From the IMG/VR virus record IMGVR_UViG_3300037045_000341, positions 1 to 31,130 of that record: DNA of 31,130 nucleotides. The stretch is one strand, 5' to 3'. Below are positions 9,068-17,727 of this stretch, piece after piece. The DNA comes from a virus. Lineage: Duplodnaviria > Caudoviricetes. The position numbers were made by a program, and so were the translations under genes. The notes beneath the pieces were generated by a model that did not search any database, had not been told where the DNA came from, and saw only the letters and a list, made by a program, of their open reading frames with translations. The stretch's first letter is position 1. The number at the start of each line of letters is the position of its first letter.

Positions 9068-11032
9068 TCACTTACCCGGTGCAACCGAGCATTCGCATCC
9101 GCCATGGAACGGTGGATGCTTCATCGACCTGCTGATGTGCAGCACGTTTCCCTCACCGTCCCCGATATCATCACCCTTGGCCAGGATTGTCCCGTTGACC
9201 TCCACGACCTTTCCGTCCAGCTGCTTGCAGAACTCGCACGCCGTGCTGGCGGCCACCACATGCATGTACGACACTCCCATCGCTCCGTAGAGGTACACCG
9301 TCAATGCATTCGAGGATCTGTTGGATTCCTCGGCGGACTCCCTCGCGGGAATATCCGCAAGCCAGGACTGCGTCATGGATTCGACCGCATCCGGCACCTG
9401 GTCATCCGGCAACCCGGCTATGGTCTTCTCAAGGGACTGCTGCCTGCTCACCGCGTGCCGGTCGGCGCATCCATACCCATAGGATTTGACAAACCTGTCG
9501 AACGCATCCTGGTCGATATCCCCCCCGGTCCTCACCTGTCGCGCCACGATCGGCTGGATCCGCTTCGCGATATCGCCGAAAGCGGCGACATACTGGTCGC
9601 CGAAGTCATGGGCCACTTTCTCCGTCGCCATCCTGAACTTCTCCAGGATGTCGGCCGGTCCGGCGTTCGAGGCGAGCAATGCCTGCAGCGAGTCGATCTC
9701 CTGCTTCAATTGCCGTCTGACCAGACGCTCGATAGCCTTCCGCTGCGATGCCGCCACGGCGGCGCGCTCGGCCATGTAGGAGAGATCCTCCAACCGGGAC
9801 ACGCTCTCGCGCATGCGTCTGGCGTCGAAGCGCTCCTTCTCCTCCTTGGCGGAAATGGCCTGGTAGGTGTAGGGATTGTACGTCGCGGCGATGGACCGGG
9901 GCACATAGTTCATGGGAACCATGTACAGATCGCCGTGGGGTATGGGATCCATGTCCTCAAGCGACCGGACGTCATTGGCGCACATCCATCCGTCGGACAA
10001 GGCGTTGTGGTAGTACAGGCTGCGTGTGTTCGCGTCTCCGCGCATCAGGCCGTTGAGGTTCAGCTTCACATACTGGCTGTGGTCCGTACCGAACAAGGCC
10101 AGATCCATCCCGTTCTGCCAGGACACCGCCCGAGGGAGTATCGCGTACTGCACCAGGTCGATACCCCGCTGCTCCGCGTTCGCATACGTCTCACGCGTGG
10201 AGCCACCCGCGAACGCCTCAGGTACGCCGAAACGCCGCGCCACCTCCGCGACCGTCCACTTCTGGGCCTCGATGAACTCAGCCTGGCGGGAGTTGACCGC
10301 TATGGGGGTGTAGTCGTAGTTGTCATTGAGCACGGCGATCTTGTACGCGTTCTCGCTTCCGGAGAATCCGGACATGAAGCTCGCGCGGACCTCGTCCTTC
10401 TGATCCTTGGTGGTGTTCTTCGGGACCTTCACGATCCCCCCGAGCATGGTGCCCCGCCTGAAGTAGTTGGCCTGGATCAGCTTGGCCGACTCGGCGGTCG
10501 ACAGGTCTTTTTTCGCATAGTGCAGTGGAGACATCGGGATGATCCCGTTTGTGGTGACGTTCATGAGCACCAGCATGTCCTTCCGCTCTATCACCTCGGC
10601 GGTGGTCGAATACACATAGGCGAGACGGCCGTCCTTAGCTGTCGGAGTCACCAGGGTCGACGCGATCGGATACAGCGCCATGGGATGCCCGGTAAGGGAG
10701 CGGCCGATCTTCGCGTACGCCACGCCGTGCAGCTCATAATTGAACGACATCGTGAAGAAGAAAGAGTAGGCGTCCATATAGGGGCATGGATTCCGAAGCA
10801 GGATGGCCTGAGGTGTGTCCCGCACCACTTTCCGCGAGCCATCATCCAGGCGGCGGTACGCGTGGATCGGAAGGCTTCCGAACGTCCGCCCCAGGTTCAT
10901 CACGCAGACCCAGAACGACGAATTCTCCAGCGAGCGGTCGGCCGAGAACGACATGAGGTCCGTCCAGGTGAATGGACGTGACCCTACGGAGATCGAATCC
11001 TTGATCCTTCTGAAGACGCTCCCTATACCCAT
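9068..11032 (-). CDS. HK97-family portal protein fused to a C-terminal MuF/SPP1 gp7-like domain
   Basis: Portal motifs LLRNPCPYM, GVAYA, EVARRFGVP, NDVRSLEDMDP; C-terminal ACEFCKQLDG...HPPFHGGCEC. Confidence 0.9.
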   Translation of the reverse strand: MGIGSVFRRIKDSISVGSRPFTWTDLMSFSADRSLENSSFWVCVMNLGRTFGSLPIHAYRRLDDGSRKVVRDTPQAILLRNPCPYMDAYSFFFTMSFNYELHGVAYAKIGRSLTGHPMALYPIASTLVTPTAKDGRLAYVYSTTAEVIERKDMLVLMNVTTNGIIPMSPLHYAKKDLSTAESAKLIQANYFRRGTMLGGIVKVPKNTTKDQKDEVRASFMSGFSGSENAYKIAVLNDNYDYTPIAVNSRQAEFIEAQKWTVAEVARRFGVPEAFAGGSTRETYANAEQRGIDLVQYAILPRAVSWQNGMDLALFGTDHSQYVKLNLNGLMRGDANTRSLYYHNALSDGWMCANDVRSLEDMDPIPHGDLYMVPMNYVPRSIAATYNPYTYQAISAKEEKERFDARRMRESVSRLEDLSYMAERAAVAASQRKAIERLVRRQLKQEIDSLQALLASNAGPADILEKFRMATEKVAHDFGDQYVAAFGDIAKRIQPIVARQVRTGGDIDQDAFDRFVKSYGYGCADRHAVSRQQSLEKTIAGLPDDQVPDAVESMTQSWLADIPARESAEESNRSSNALTVYLYGAMGVSYMHVVAASTACEFCKQLDGKVVEVNGTILAKGDDIGDGEGNVLHISRSMKHPPFHGGCECSVAPGK

Positions 11033-11156
11033 GCCGATATTTTAGGGCATCGGTGGGGCCCGGGCCACTTCACGTGCTCCCGTCGGGTGGTAGTCCATGG
11101 TCGTTTTGGGAAATCGGGAGGGTGGATATCGCGGATCCCATGCGTACGTACGCGCT

Positions 11157-11196
11157 TTAGAAGAAAAGCACCGCCTCAGCCACATCCTCGACAGCC
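11157..11196 (-). repeat. Second copy of the terL 3' end (encodes AVEDVAEAVLFF*)
   Basis: 33/40 nt identical to 11724-11763, with perfect 18-bp core GCCACATCCTCGACAGCC. Confidence 0.9.
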
Positions 11197-11301
11197 GTAC
11201 CTTGAGCAGCGCAGGATTAGGTCCTTCTTATTGTCCTGAGTTTTTTTCCCAATCAATGCAATTCTTATTAACCGGATTATCAAGAATCACCACTAAATCT
11301 C

Positions 11302-11330
11302 TTGACATAATTCATAGCCTTTTGTAAATT
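11302..11330 (+). promoter_or_regulatory. Sigma70-type promoter of moron gene
   Basis: TTGACA-N17-TAAATT upstream of SD AAGGAG and ATG 11384. Confidence 0.75.
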
Positions 11331-11383
11331 ACATGTATGTACGTATGTACGTAAGATGAGTCGTATTTGATAAGGAGTTATTC

Positions 11384-11647
11384 ATGGGGTACATAACACC
11401 AGGACTTGTTCAGTCACCTAGAGGAAGAATATCTGATTTGACAATCATCCACGATGACGGTGAGACAAGTTGGTCATTAGCGAAAATGACTTGGGATGGA
11501 AAGGAAAACAGATATGCAATGAGATGGAATGGAAGTGATGATGATCATGGGATTGGGAATCCTCAATCAAGAGGTGTTCCAACGTGGTTCATTCTACCAG
11601 ATAATATCGGAGCTCTTATTGAAAAGAGTCTCAATATCTTAAAATAA
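11384..11647 (+). CDS. Moron-encoded hypothetical protein (87 aa)
   Basis: Low GC, opposite strand to the late operon, own promoter, SD and hairpin; Trp-rich RWNG...GNPQSRGVPTWFILP. Confidence 0.85.
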   Translation: MGYITPGLVQSPRGRISDLTIIHDDGETSWSLAKMTWDGKENRYAMRWNGSDDDHGIGNPQSRGVPTWFILPDNIGALIEKSLNILK

Positions 11648-11662
11648 CAATTCAAATCAATA

Positions 11663-11693
11663 TACCAAGGATTCAAATTCTGGATCCTTGGTA
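11663..11693. terminator. Hairpin between convergent moron gene and terL
   Basis: TACCAAGGATTCA-AATTC-TGGATCCTTGGTA, 13-bp stem with one G-U pair. Confidence 0.7.
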
Positions 11694-11723
11694 GTATCAT
11701 AAAAATTGATAACGATTATATAC

Positions 11724-13466
11724 CTAGAAAAATAAAAGCGCCTCGGCCACATCCTCGACAGCCTCGCCGCACTGCCGTCTGGCCAGGTCGTAGCTCATGA
11801 TGCCCGCGATCACAAGGTCGACGCGCTTCTGCGACCTGCCGTGGTTGGGCTTGCGGATCTTCGTGTTCCCGTTTGTATCCGTCTCCGCTTCGGCGCAGTC
11901 CATCATCCAGGTCATCACAGGATTGCCGCCTCCGGTGAGCGATCCCACCAGGTACGCCTCCTGGAACTGGTCGGTCGGCAGGGACATGTTCTTCATCGCC
12001 TGGCTGTACGTCGACGCCAGATCGCCGAACCAAGGTCCGAGCTTCGCCTCCATGATCTCCAGCTTCCATGAGTCGCAGGCCATCTCCGGAATATCATAGA
12101 CCGCCATGCAGCTTCTGATATGCGCCCCCACCATCACATAGTCGACTACCGGTCCCGGTGTGGGGATCACATGGCCGTCGCGTATCCAATCCCGCAGCGG
12201 TTGCCTCAGCTGCCGGGTGAGCGCGACAACGCGGTCCTCAGGTATGAACGCCCAGTACACCTGCTTCCATTGCTCCCCGGGCGATACGGGAGGGAAGGTG
12301 AGCACGAACGCCGTGAAGTCGCTCGAGCTGGAAAGGTCCAGGCCGCCATAGGCGATGCGGCCTTTCAGCCCGTCGATGTCGAAAGGCACGCAGCACCTGT
12401 CGAGCCATGCGTCCATGTTGGCCCACCGCGACGATCCCAGCGTCCATTTGTTCAGGTTCTTGATCCGGAAATCCACCATGTCCGCCTCGGTAAGGCGGCA
12501 CTTGTCATAGCGGTCCCTGAACGTATCAGGATCCACAGCGCCCGGCACCCCGTAGTTGGGGTTCGCCTTTTCCCAAGTGATCGGATCATCGTCCCGGTCT
12601 CCTTCGTCGGGCTCGTAGATGCTGATCCAGTACCGGTCCGATTCCTCCACCCCACACAATATCTGACGGCACTTCTCGTATTCCTGATGGCATACGCCGC
12701 CTATCTCGATCCCGGCCGTGGTGATGATGAGCATGAGCGCGGTCGGGTCCGCGACACGTCCGGAGTCGATCGAGTTGTACAGGCTCTTGTCCTTGTGCTG
12801 GTGATACTCATCCAGCAGCAATCCATGAGGCAGCTTGCCGTCTTTCGGATTCGCGCTGATGCCCTTCACGAATGCTCCGTCCATGTCGATCTGCTTGTTG
12901 TTCTTGGTATCGGAGACGACCGCCTTCGATCCGTACCACCCAAACTTCAGCATGTTCGCCGCAGCGGTGAAGGACTCCTGCACCTGTTCCAGGGACGATG
13001 CGGCTATGTACACGCGCGCACCCCGGTAGTCGTCTCCGAACGCCAGGTAGTTTGCGACCCCACCTCCGATGGTGCTCTTGCCGTTCTTGCGGGCGACCTG
13101 CCAGTAGCCTGTGGTGAACCTCCGTATTCCAAGGTTCTTCACAGACACCCAGCCGAAAAGCGTCGCGATATCGAACACCTGCCAGGGTTCGAGTTTCAGG
13201 GCTGATTCAGCGACGCTTCCAGAGGGAAACCGGAGGTTCGACTGCATCCAGCACAGCACCTTGTGGGCGGCCTTCCAATTGAAGGTCCAGTCCCAGCCGT
13301 CCCGGGCCCTCTCCAGGTCGGAGATGTGGCGCTCCACCTTCTTGATCTCCGCGAGACCTGCCCGTCTGGTCCCTCCCAGAATAGAGGCGACATAGCTGTC
13401 GAACAGCTCACGCTGACGAGCTTCCATCTTGCGGCGCAACTCAGCGGACACACGCTTTCCGCTCAT
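11724..13466 (-). CDS. terL: Terminase large subunit
   Basis: LEPWQ, Walker A VARKNGKST, Walker B LLLDEYH, ITTAG, WEKANPNYG, nuclease GGLDLSSSSDFTA. Confidence 0.97.
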   Translation of the reverse strand: MSGKRVSAELRRKMEARQRELFDSYVASILGGTRRAGLAEIKKVERHISDLERARDGWDWTFNWKAAHKVLCWMQSNLRFPSGSVAESALKLEPWQVFDIATLFGWVSVKNLGIRRFTTGYWQVARKNGKSTIGGGVANYLAFGDDYRGARVYIAASSLEQVQESFTAAANMLKFGWYGSKAVVSDTKNNKQIDMDGAFVKGISANPKDGKLPHGLLLDEYHQHKDKSLYNSIDSGRVADPTALMLIITTAGIEIGGVCHQEYEKCRQILCGVEESDRYWISIYEPDEGDRDDDPITWEKANPNYGVPGAVDPDTFRDRYDKCRLTEADMVDFRIKNLNKWTLGSSRWANMDAWLDRCCVPFDIDGLKGRIAYGGLDLSSSSDFTAFVLTFPPVSPGEQWKQVYWAFIPEDRVVALTRQLRQPLRDWIRDGHVIPTPGPVVDYVMVGAHIRSCMAVYDIPEMACDSWKLEIMEAKLGPWFGDLASTYSQAMKNMSLPTDQFQEAYLVGSLTGGGNPVMTWMMDCAEAETDTNGNTKIRKPNHGRSQKRVDLVIAGIMSYDLARRQCGEAVEDVAEALLFF

Positions 13467-13885
13467 AGACCGAGCTCATCCTCCAGGGGGTCCTTCGTGT
13501 TTTCCTCGGATCGTTCCTTGTCGGTCAGCTTCATGATACGTCGGGCCGCAGGTGTGGCTCCGAACAGCCTCAGGACCTTGGTGTACTGGTCGAAAGCCTT
13601 GTTCATCGTCGTCAATTCGCCCTGTTTCTGGCTGTTTCCACCACGTTCATCGATGTATTGCGCCATGGTCCTGGTGCCGTTCAGCGTGATGGCGTCGTAC
13701 ATGTCCCGGTAGATACCATAGTTCAGGCATGCCCCCTCGAGCACGTTCAGGTCGAGTGTCGTCACGAGCTTATCCTCAACCAGTATCTTGAGTAACCTGG
13801 TCCATTCCACCCTGGCGTTCTCAGCGAAATACTCGGGAGCGCGGGGTATCTTGGCCAGCAGCCCGGCCTTATGTTTCCTCGCCAT
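13463..13885 (-). CDS. terS: Terminase small subunit, P27 family
   Basis: APEYFAENARVEW...FGATPAARR; directly upstream of terL with ATGA overlap. Confidence 0.9.
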   Translation of the reverse strand: MARKHKAGLLAKIPRAPEYFAENARVEWTRLLKILVEDKLVTTLDLNVLEGACLNYGIYRDMYDAITLNGTRTMAQYIDERGGNSQKQGELTTMNKAFDQYTKVLRLFGATPAARRIMKLTDKERSEENTKDPLEDELGL

Positions 13886-14372
13886 CGGCGCATACCCCCT
13901 TATGTTTTTCCCCGTGTGTGTTGATTGTCCTTACCGGCGCGGTCGCGCCCGGGGCGGCGTTTTTTGAACCCTCCCCCCGGGTCCTCTCACGTAATTCCTT
14001 CTTGGCAAAGTACTCATCGACCTTCCGCCGGTCATCCTTCCCCTTGCGCGTGTTGCACGAAACACACAAGGCTTGATAATGATCTGTATCGAGATCGAAC
14101 CGTCCGTACAGGTCCAGCATGATCTCAGCCGGGGTGTCGCGGTGATCGGTGACCGCCGCGGCATCCCCGCAGATGACGCACAATGGATGCTCGGCCAGGA
14201 ACCGCTTGGAGAACTCACGCCAGCGCGAGTCGTACCCGCGTGCCTGGGAGCTCGGCCGATCGTCGGCGCTGTCCGAGAAGCCCCTCGCGTGCCGCCTCGT
14301 GCACTGGTCGCAGTATCCGCTCCTGTTATGGTGGAAGTTCGGGCACCCGAACGTCTTGCACATCCTCTTCAT
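13869..14372 (-). CDS. HNH endonuclease (packaging cofactor, HK97 gp74-like)
   Basis: Start MKRMCKTFGC at 14372; RGYDSRW, HPLCVIC, VTDH, YQALCVSCNTRK. Confidence 0.9.
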   Translation of the reverse strand: MKRMCKTFGCPNFHHNRSGYCDQCTRRHARGFSDSADDRPSSQARGYDSRWREFSKRFLAEHPLCVICGDAAAVTDHRDTPAEIMLDLYGRFDLDTDHYQALCVSCNTRKGKDDRRKVDEYFAKKELRERTRGEGSKNAAPGATAPVRTINTHGEKHKGVCADGEET

Positions 14373-14563
14373 CGTCTCCCCTTCCTGATCTCGGGCACCA
14401 GGGCCTCGATCGCCACACGCACACGCGCCGGAAGCTCCAGCCATCCATCGGTCATGGAGAACCGCGCGATATCATGCCGCGCCACCCTCCGCCGCTCGGC
14501 GGCGAGCGCGCGCCCGGGCCGACGTCTTCCACCCTCCAGGCCGCGTCTATCGGCGTCATTCAT
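14369..14563 (-). CDS. Hypothetical protein (64 aa)
   Basis: ATGA overlaps at both ends. Confidence 0.6.
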   Translation of the reverse strand: MNDADRRGLEGGRRRPGRALAAERRRVARHDIARFSMTDGWLELPARVRVAIEALVPEIRKGRR

Positions 14564-14892
14564 CGGACGCTCCGTCGTGGTGGCTCCTCACCATACCCGG
14601 CCTCATCCAGGTTCGACAGGTCCTCCTTCAGCCGGGAGAACTCGAAGCCGTCCTGGAATATCAGGTAGCGGTCCTGGAACGTCGACAGCCTGGTCATCAC
14701 CGACCCGGGATGCATGCCGACCTTTCCCGCGATCTCCTTCGCCGTGATCTTGCGCGGCCAGAAGGGGATGGACTCCGCTATGCTCCTGTTCAGATCGGTG
14801 AGATCGTCATGCCGCACATGCCACCTGATGGGGGTCTGCACCCGTGAGGTGACCCTGCTCCCCCCAAGACTGATGATCCTTCCATCCATCAT
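14560..14892 (-). CDS. Winged-HTH protein, possible late transcription regulator
   Basis: SD AAGGAGG, ATGA overlap with loader stop; ITAKEIAGKVGMHPGSVMTRL. Confidence 0.6.
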   Translation of the reverse strand: MMDGRIISLGGSRVTSRVQTPIRWHVRHDDLTDLNRSIAESIPFWPRKITAKEIAGKVGMHPGSVMTRLSTFQDRYLIFQDGFEFSRLKEDLSNLDEAGYGEEPPRRSVR

Positions 14893-15686
14893 ACCGCCTC
14901 CTTCGCCCGCGGGACACCGGAGCCATGGCCGTACCGCCGCCAGGCGGTGACCAGGCACTCGGTGGTGAGCTTCCTCAGGATCGCGTCATCGAAGTAATTG
15001 GTGAAATCGGCCGGGTTCAGGTTGGTCGCGACGATCGTGCGGCTCATGCCGTTGTGGCGGTTGGTGATGATCTCCCCGAGGATCCTGGTCTCGTGCTCGG
15101 TCCACGCAGACCGGCCGATCTCATCGATCCCCAGGACATCGACATCCGAGTACCGCGCGATCACCTGGCTTTCGGTCATACAGTCCTTTCGGCCCAGGTA
15201 GGTCTCCCGTATCTGCCGGTAGATCACCGGCTCGGAGACATACAGCGCGCTATGGCTCAGCCGGACCGCCTCCTTCAGCGTCGCCACCATCAGGTGCGTC
15301 TTTCCCCGCTCGGTGGGACCGCAGAGCGCCACCGCCGACACCGTGCCGCTGGCAAGGGCCTTGCAACGCTCCACCGTCCTGGCCATCGCATCGCCGTCGC
15401 TGATGAAGCTGTCGAACGAGCATTCGGCGAACCGCGGAGCCACCCCGATGCTCCTGGTCATCTCAAGCAGGCGGTGCCGCGCGAAACCGCTGGCGATCTC
15501 CAACCGGTCCAGATCATCACGGCAGGCATGGCATCCCATCTCGCCCGATACCGACTCCACCCCGTCGTACACGTAGCCGTACACCCGGGCCTCGTATGGG
15601 CCATGCTTCGGACATACCCGGGGAACCGTCCTCAGCAGTCCGATCGCATCCGATCCTGGAACCATCCTCCGTAGGAAATCGTTCAT
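14889..15686 (-). CDS. DnaC/IstB-like helicase loader ATPase
   Basis: CPKHG...CHAC Zn motif, RFAECSFDSF, Walker A GPTERGKTHL, Walker B LGIDEIG, TIVATNL. Confidence 0.9.
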   Translation of the reverse strand: MNDFLRRMVPGSDAIGLLRTVPRVCPKHGPYEARVYGYVYDGVESVSGEMGCHACRDDLDRLEIASGFARHRLLEMTRSIGVAPRFAECSFDSFISDGDAMARTVERCKALASGTVSAVALCGPTERGKTHLMVATLKEAVRLSHSALYVSEPVIYRQIRETYLGRKDCMTESQVIARYSDVDVLGIDEIGRSAWTEHETRILGEIITNRHNGMSRTIVATNLNPADFTNYFDDAILRKLTTECLVTAWRRYGHGSGVPRAKEAV

Positions 15687-15688
15687 TG

Positions 15689-16702
15689 TCAGGCCTCCTT
15701 GCCGTGGCTTTTGAAATACTCCTGCCAGTCGGCCTCGTTCGCCAGGCGGCGTTGCGACGGTTTGTTCAGGTTCGTGCTGAACCTGGTCTGGCCTTGGAAC
15801 CGCTCGGGAAACAGCCCCCGGTACCCGGCCTCGATCGACTGCCTGATGCAGGCCACCCGCTCGCGATCGCCAGGCAGCGTCGAGAGCTTCTCGATGGCGA
15901 GATCGACGGCCCGCTGCGTCATCGGGTTCCTGGTCTCCCGTCGGAACGCTATGAAATCACCAAGTGCCTCGCGGTAGATTCCCTGGATAACCTGGGGGAT
16001 GGTTGGATCGTCGGTTTTCCGTCCCTTGGAGACCGGATTGCCGCTTTGGGGGATAATAGGGGGTATTATGTGTCTTGTGATTGTATCTTGTGTATGTATC
16101 ATTTGTTCGGACAGATTTGTCAAACGGTCCGTCATTTCTGTCAAACCGTTTGACAGTTCTGTCGCACCCTCAGACCCTGAATCCCCACCGTTGGACACTT
16201 CTGACCGACCCTCGGGAGCGTCCTGGGAACCGGATGAAACCAAAACCACCCCGGAGCTCCCGACAATACCCCCCTCGGCGAAGACTCCACCCTCAGGATG
16301 GGTGATACCATGTGACAATTCTGTCAGACCATCGGCGCGCTCTTTCGCCGCCTGGGTGGCCATGGCGGCCACATCGTCTATGAGCGACATGTACACGTTC
16401 TCCCGAAGCCGGAAATACGAGTACACCCCGCCCTCGCGGACTATGCGGCGCTCCATCACCCCAGCTGCCTCAAGCCGGTCAAAACGCCTGGACACCGTCC
16501 GTTGGGACCCTCCGACAACCGGAAGATCATCAAGTACCCCCGAGAAGTTCACCCAGGTGAAGGTGCGGCCGTCTATCACCATCGACCGCATCCGGCCGGT
16601 GGCCTGGTACTCCACAAACCACCTCAGTAGCATCGCCTCGTCCATGCCGAGGCCGAGCTGCAGCAGCCTCCGCTGGCTGTATCCAAGTATGCTGAATCTC
16701 AT
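15689..16702 (-). CDS. Phage replication initiator
   Basis: N-terminal wHTH (SQRTVSRRFDRLEAAG), repeat-containing linker, C-terminal FIAFRRE...IRQSIEAGYRGLF; directly upstream of loader. Confidence 0.8.
   Translation of the reverse strand: MRFSILGYSQRRLLQLGLGMDEAMLLRWFVEYQATGRMRSMVIDGRTFTWVNFSGVLDDLPVVGGSQRTVSRRFDRLEAAGVMERRIVREGGVYSYFRLRENVYMSLIDDVAAMATQAAKERADGLTELSHGITHPEGGVFAEGGIVGSSGVVLVSSGSQDAPEGRSEVSNGGDSGSEGATELSNGLTEMTDRLTNLSEQMIHTQDTITRHIIPPIIPQSGNPVSKGRKTDDPTIPQVIQGIYREALGDFIAFRRETRNPMTQRAVDLAIEKLSTLPGDRERVACIRQSIEAGYRGLFPERFQGQTRFSTNLNKPSQRRLANEADWQEYFKSHGKEA
16109..16326. repeat. Iteron-like repeats (candidate replication origin)
   Basis: Five TGACA-N4-TGTCA-like units at 16109, 16130, 16151, 16193, 16313, next to an AT-richer tract at ~16050-16105. 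Confidence 0.7.
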
Positions 16703-17007
16703 TGCCTGACCTCCTGGAACAGCGATGGCTGCGGATCCACCGGTTTCCTGCCGCTATCGGCCACCGCGGGCGCGGGGACGATGGGAAGCCGCTTGAGGTA
16801 CTCGCTTTTTCCGCTTGAGCTCTCCATGCCGCACATGCCCTTCACCTCGCGGTAGCGCCTCGCCACCGTCTCCTGCAGCGGTTTGCCCGCATAGGCGTGG
16901 GCCTTCAGCTCGGTGAGGGTGTCGTTGTAGATCTGGTATCCGAGCACGATCTGCCCGGGATAGTACCGCGAGCACACGTTCACCACAGCCTGTCTGATGC
17001 TGATCAT
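16699..17007 (-). CDS. Hypothetical protein (102 aa)
   Basis: SD-like GGAGG/AAGGA; ATGA overlap with initiator. Confidence 0.7.
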   Translation of the reverse strand: MISIRQAVVNVCSRYYPGQIVLGYQIYNDTLTELKAHAYAGKPLQETVARRYREVKGMCGMESSSGKSEYLKRLPIVPAPAVADSGRKPVDPQPSLFQEVRQ

Positions 17008-17040
17008 CCTTCATTCCTCCAGTGCCTATCCCGTCCAGTA

Positions 17041-17625
17041 TCAGAACGGGATGTCGTCGTCGAAATTTTCAGGTCCCGGTCCCTGGTATCCGGAATTCCT
17101 TCCCGGAGGGGGATCGAACCCCTGGCGGCCGCGTTGGTCACCCTTGAAACCCCGGTCATCGAAACTCTCCTGCCGTGCCTGACTATGGCCCTTGTCCTGG
17201 CGCGGTGAATCGCGCTTACCCGTATCCTGCCTGGGGCTCATCTGGCTGCTGCGATCGCGCTGGCCATTGCCACCGCCACCTTCATTGGAGCCTCCGCTCT
17301 GGCTTCCGCCCAGAAGGGCGATCGAGCCAACCACCACGGTGATCCGTGTCTTGGTCTGCCCGTCCTGATCCCAGCGGTCCTGACGCAGCTCGCCGCTGAC
17401 GGCCACCTGGCGGCCCTTGACCAGGTACTGCTCCAGATTCGTCGCGCTCTTGCCGAACAGGATGCAGTCGATGAATGAGGCGGTCTGCTCCCATTGGTCG
17501 CCGCGCTTGCGGCTTCCATTGACCGCGATAGAAAGCCTGCCCACGGGCGCGCCATTGCGGGAGTACTTGATCTCCATATCCCGCGTCAGCCTCCCGGTGA
17601 TCGATACCACATTGATGTCGTTCAT
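17041..17625 (-). CDS. ssb: Single-stranded DNA-binding protein
   Basis: INVVSITGRLTRD, KGRQVAVSGELRQDRW, Gly-rich linker, C-terminal DDDIPF; start placed after SD GGAGG (17628 or 17637 possible). Confidence 0.97.
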   Translation of the reverse strand: MNDINVVSITGRLTRDMEIKYSRNGAPVGRLSIAVNGSRKRGDQWEQTASFIDCILFGKSATNLEQYLVKGRQVAVSGELRQDRWDQDGQTKTRITVVVGSIALLGGSQSGGSNEGGGGNGQRDRSSQMSPRQDTGKRDSPRQDKGHSQARQESFDDRGFKGDQRGRQGFDPPPGRNSGYQGPGPENFDDDIPF

Positions 17626-17640
17626 CATTCCTCCCATACC

Positions 17641-17727
17641 TTACAGATCTCCCTTGCCGGTGGTATGATTGATTAACCAAAAACAAATCGCCAGCACGGC
17701 AAAGGAGAAAATCACATACAATCTCAA
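17641..17727 (-). CDS. Putative 28-aa single-TM peptide
   Basis: MRLYVIFSFAVLAICFWLINHTTGKGDL; TTG start overlaps upstream TGA (TTGA); fills the gap before ssb. Confidence 0.4.
   Translation of the reverse strand: MRLYVIFSFAVLAICFWLINHTTGKGDL

Noticed and set aside
8855-10981. 708-aa plus-strand ORF
   Set aside because: Antisense to the portal gene; shadow-frame composition
11097-11327. 76-aa plus-strand ORF
   Set aside because: Crosses the duplicated terL end and the moron promoter; no SD
11157-11763. Diversity-generating retroelement TR/VR pair or IS ends
   Set aside because: Mismatches are mostly synonymous and not adenine-specific; no reverse transcriptase or transposase in the window
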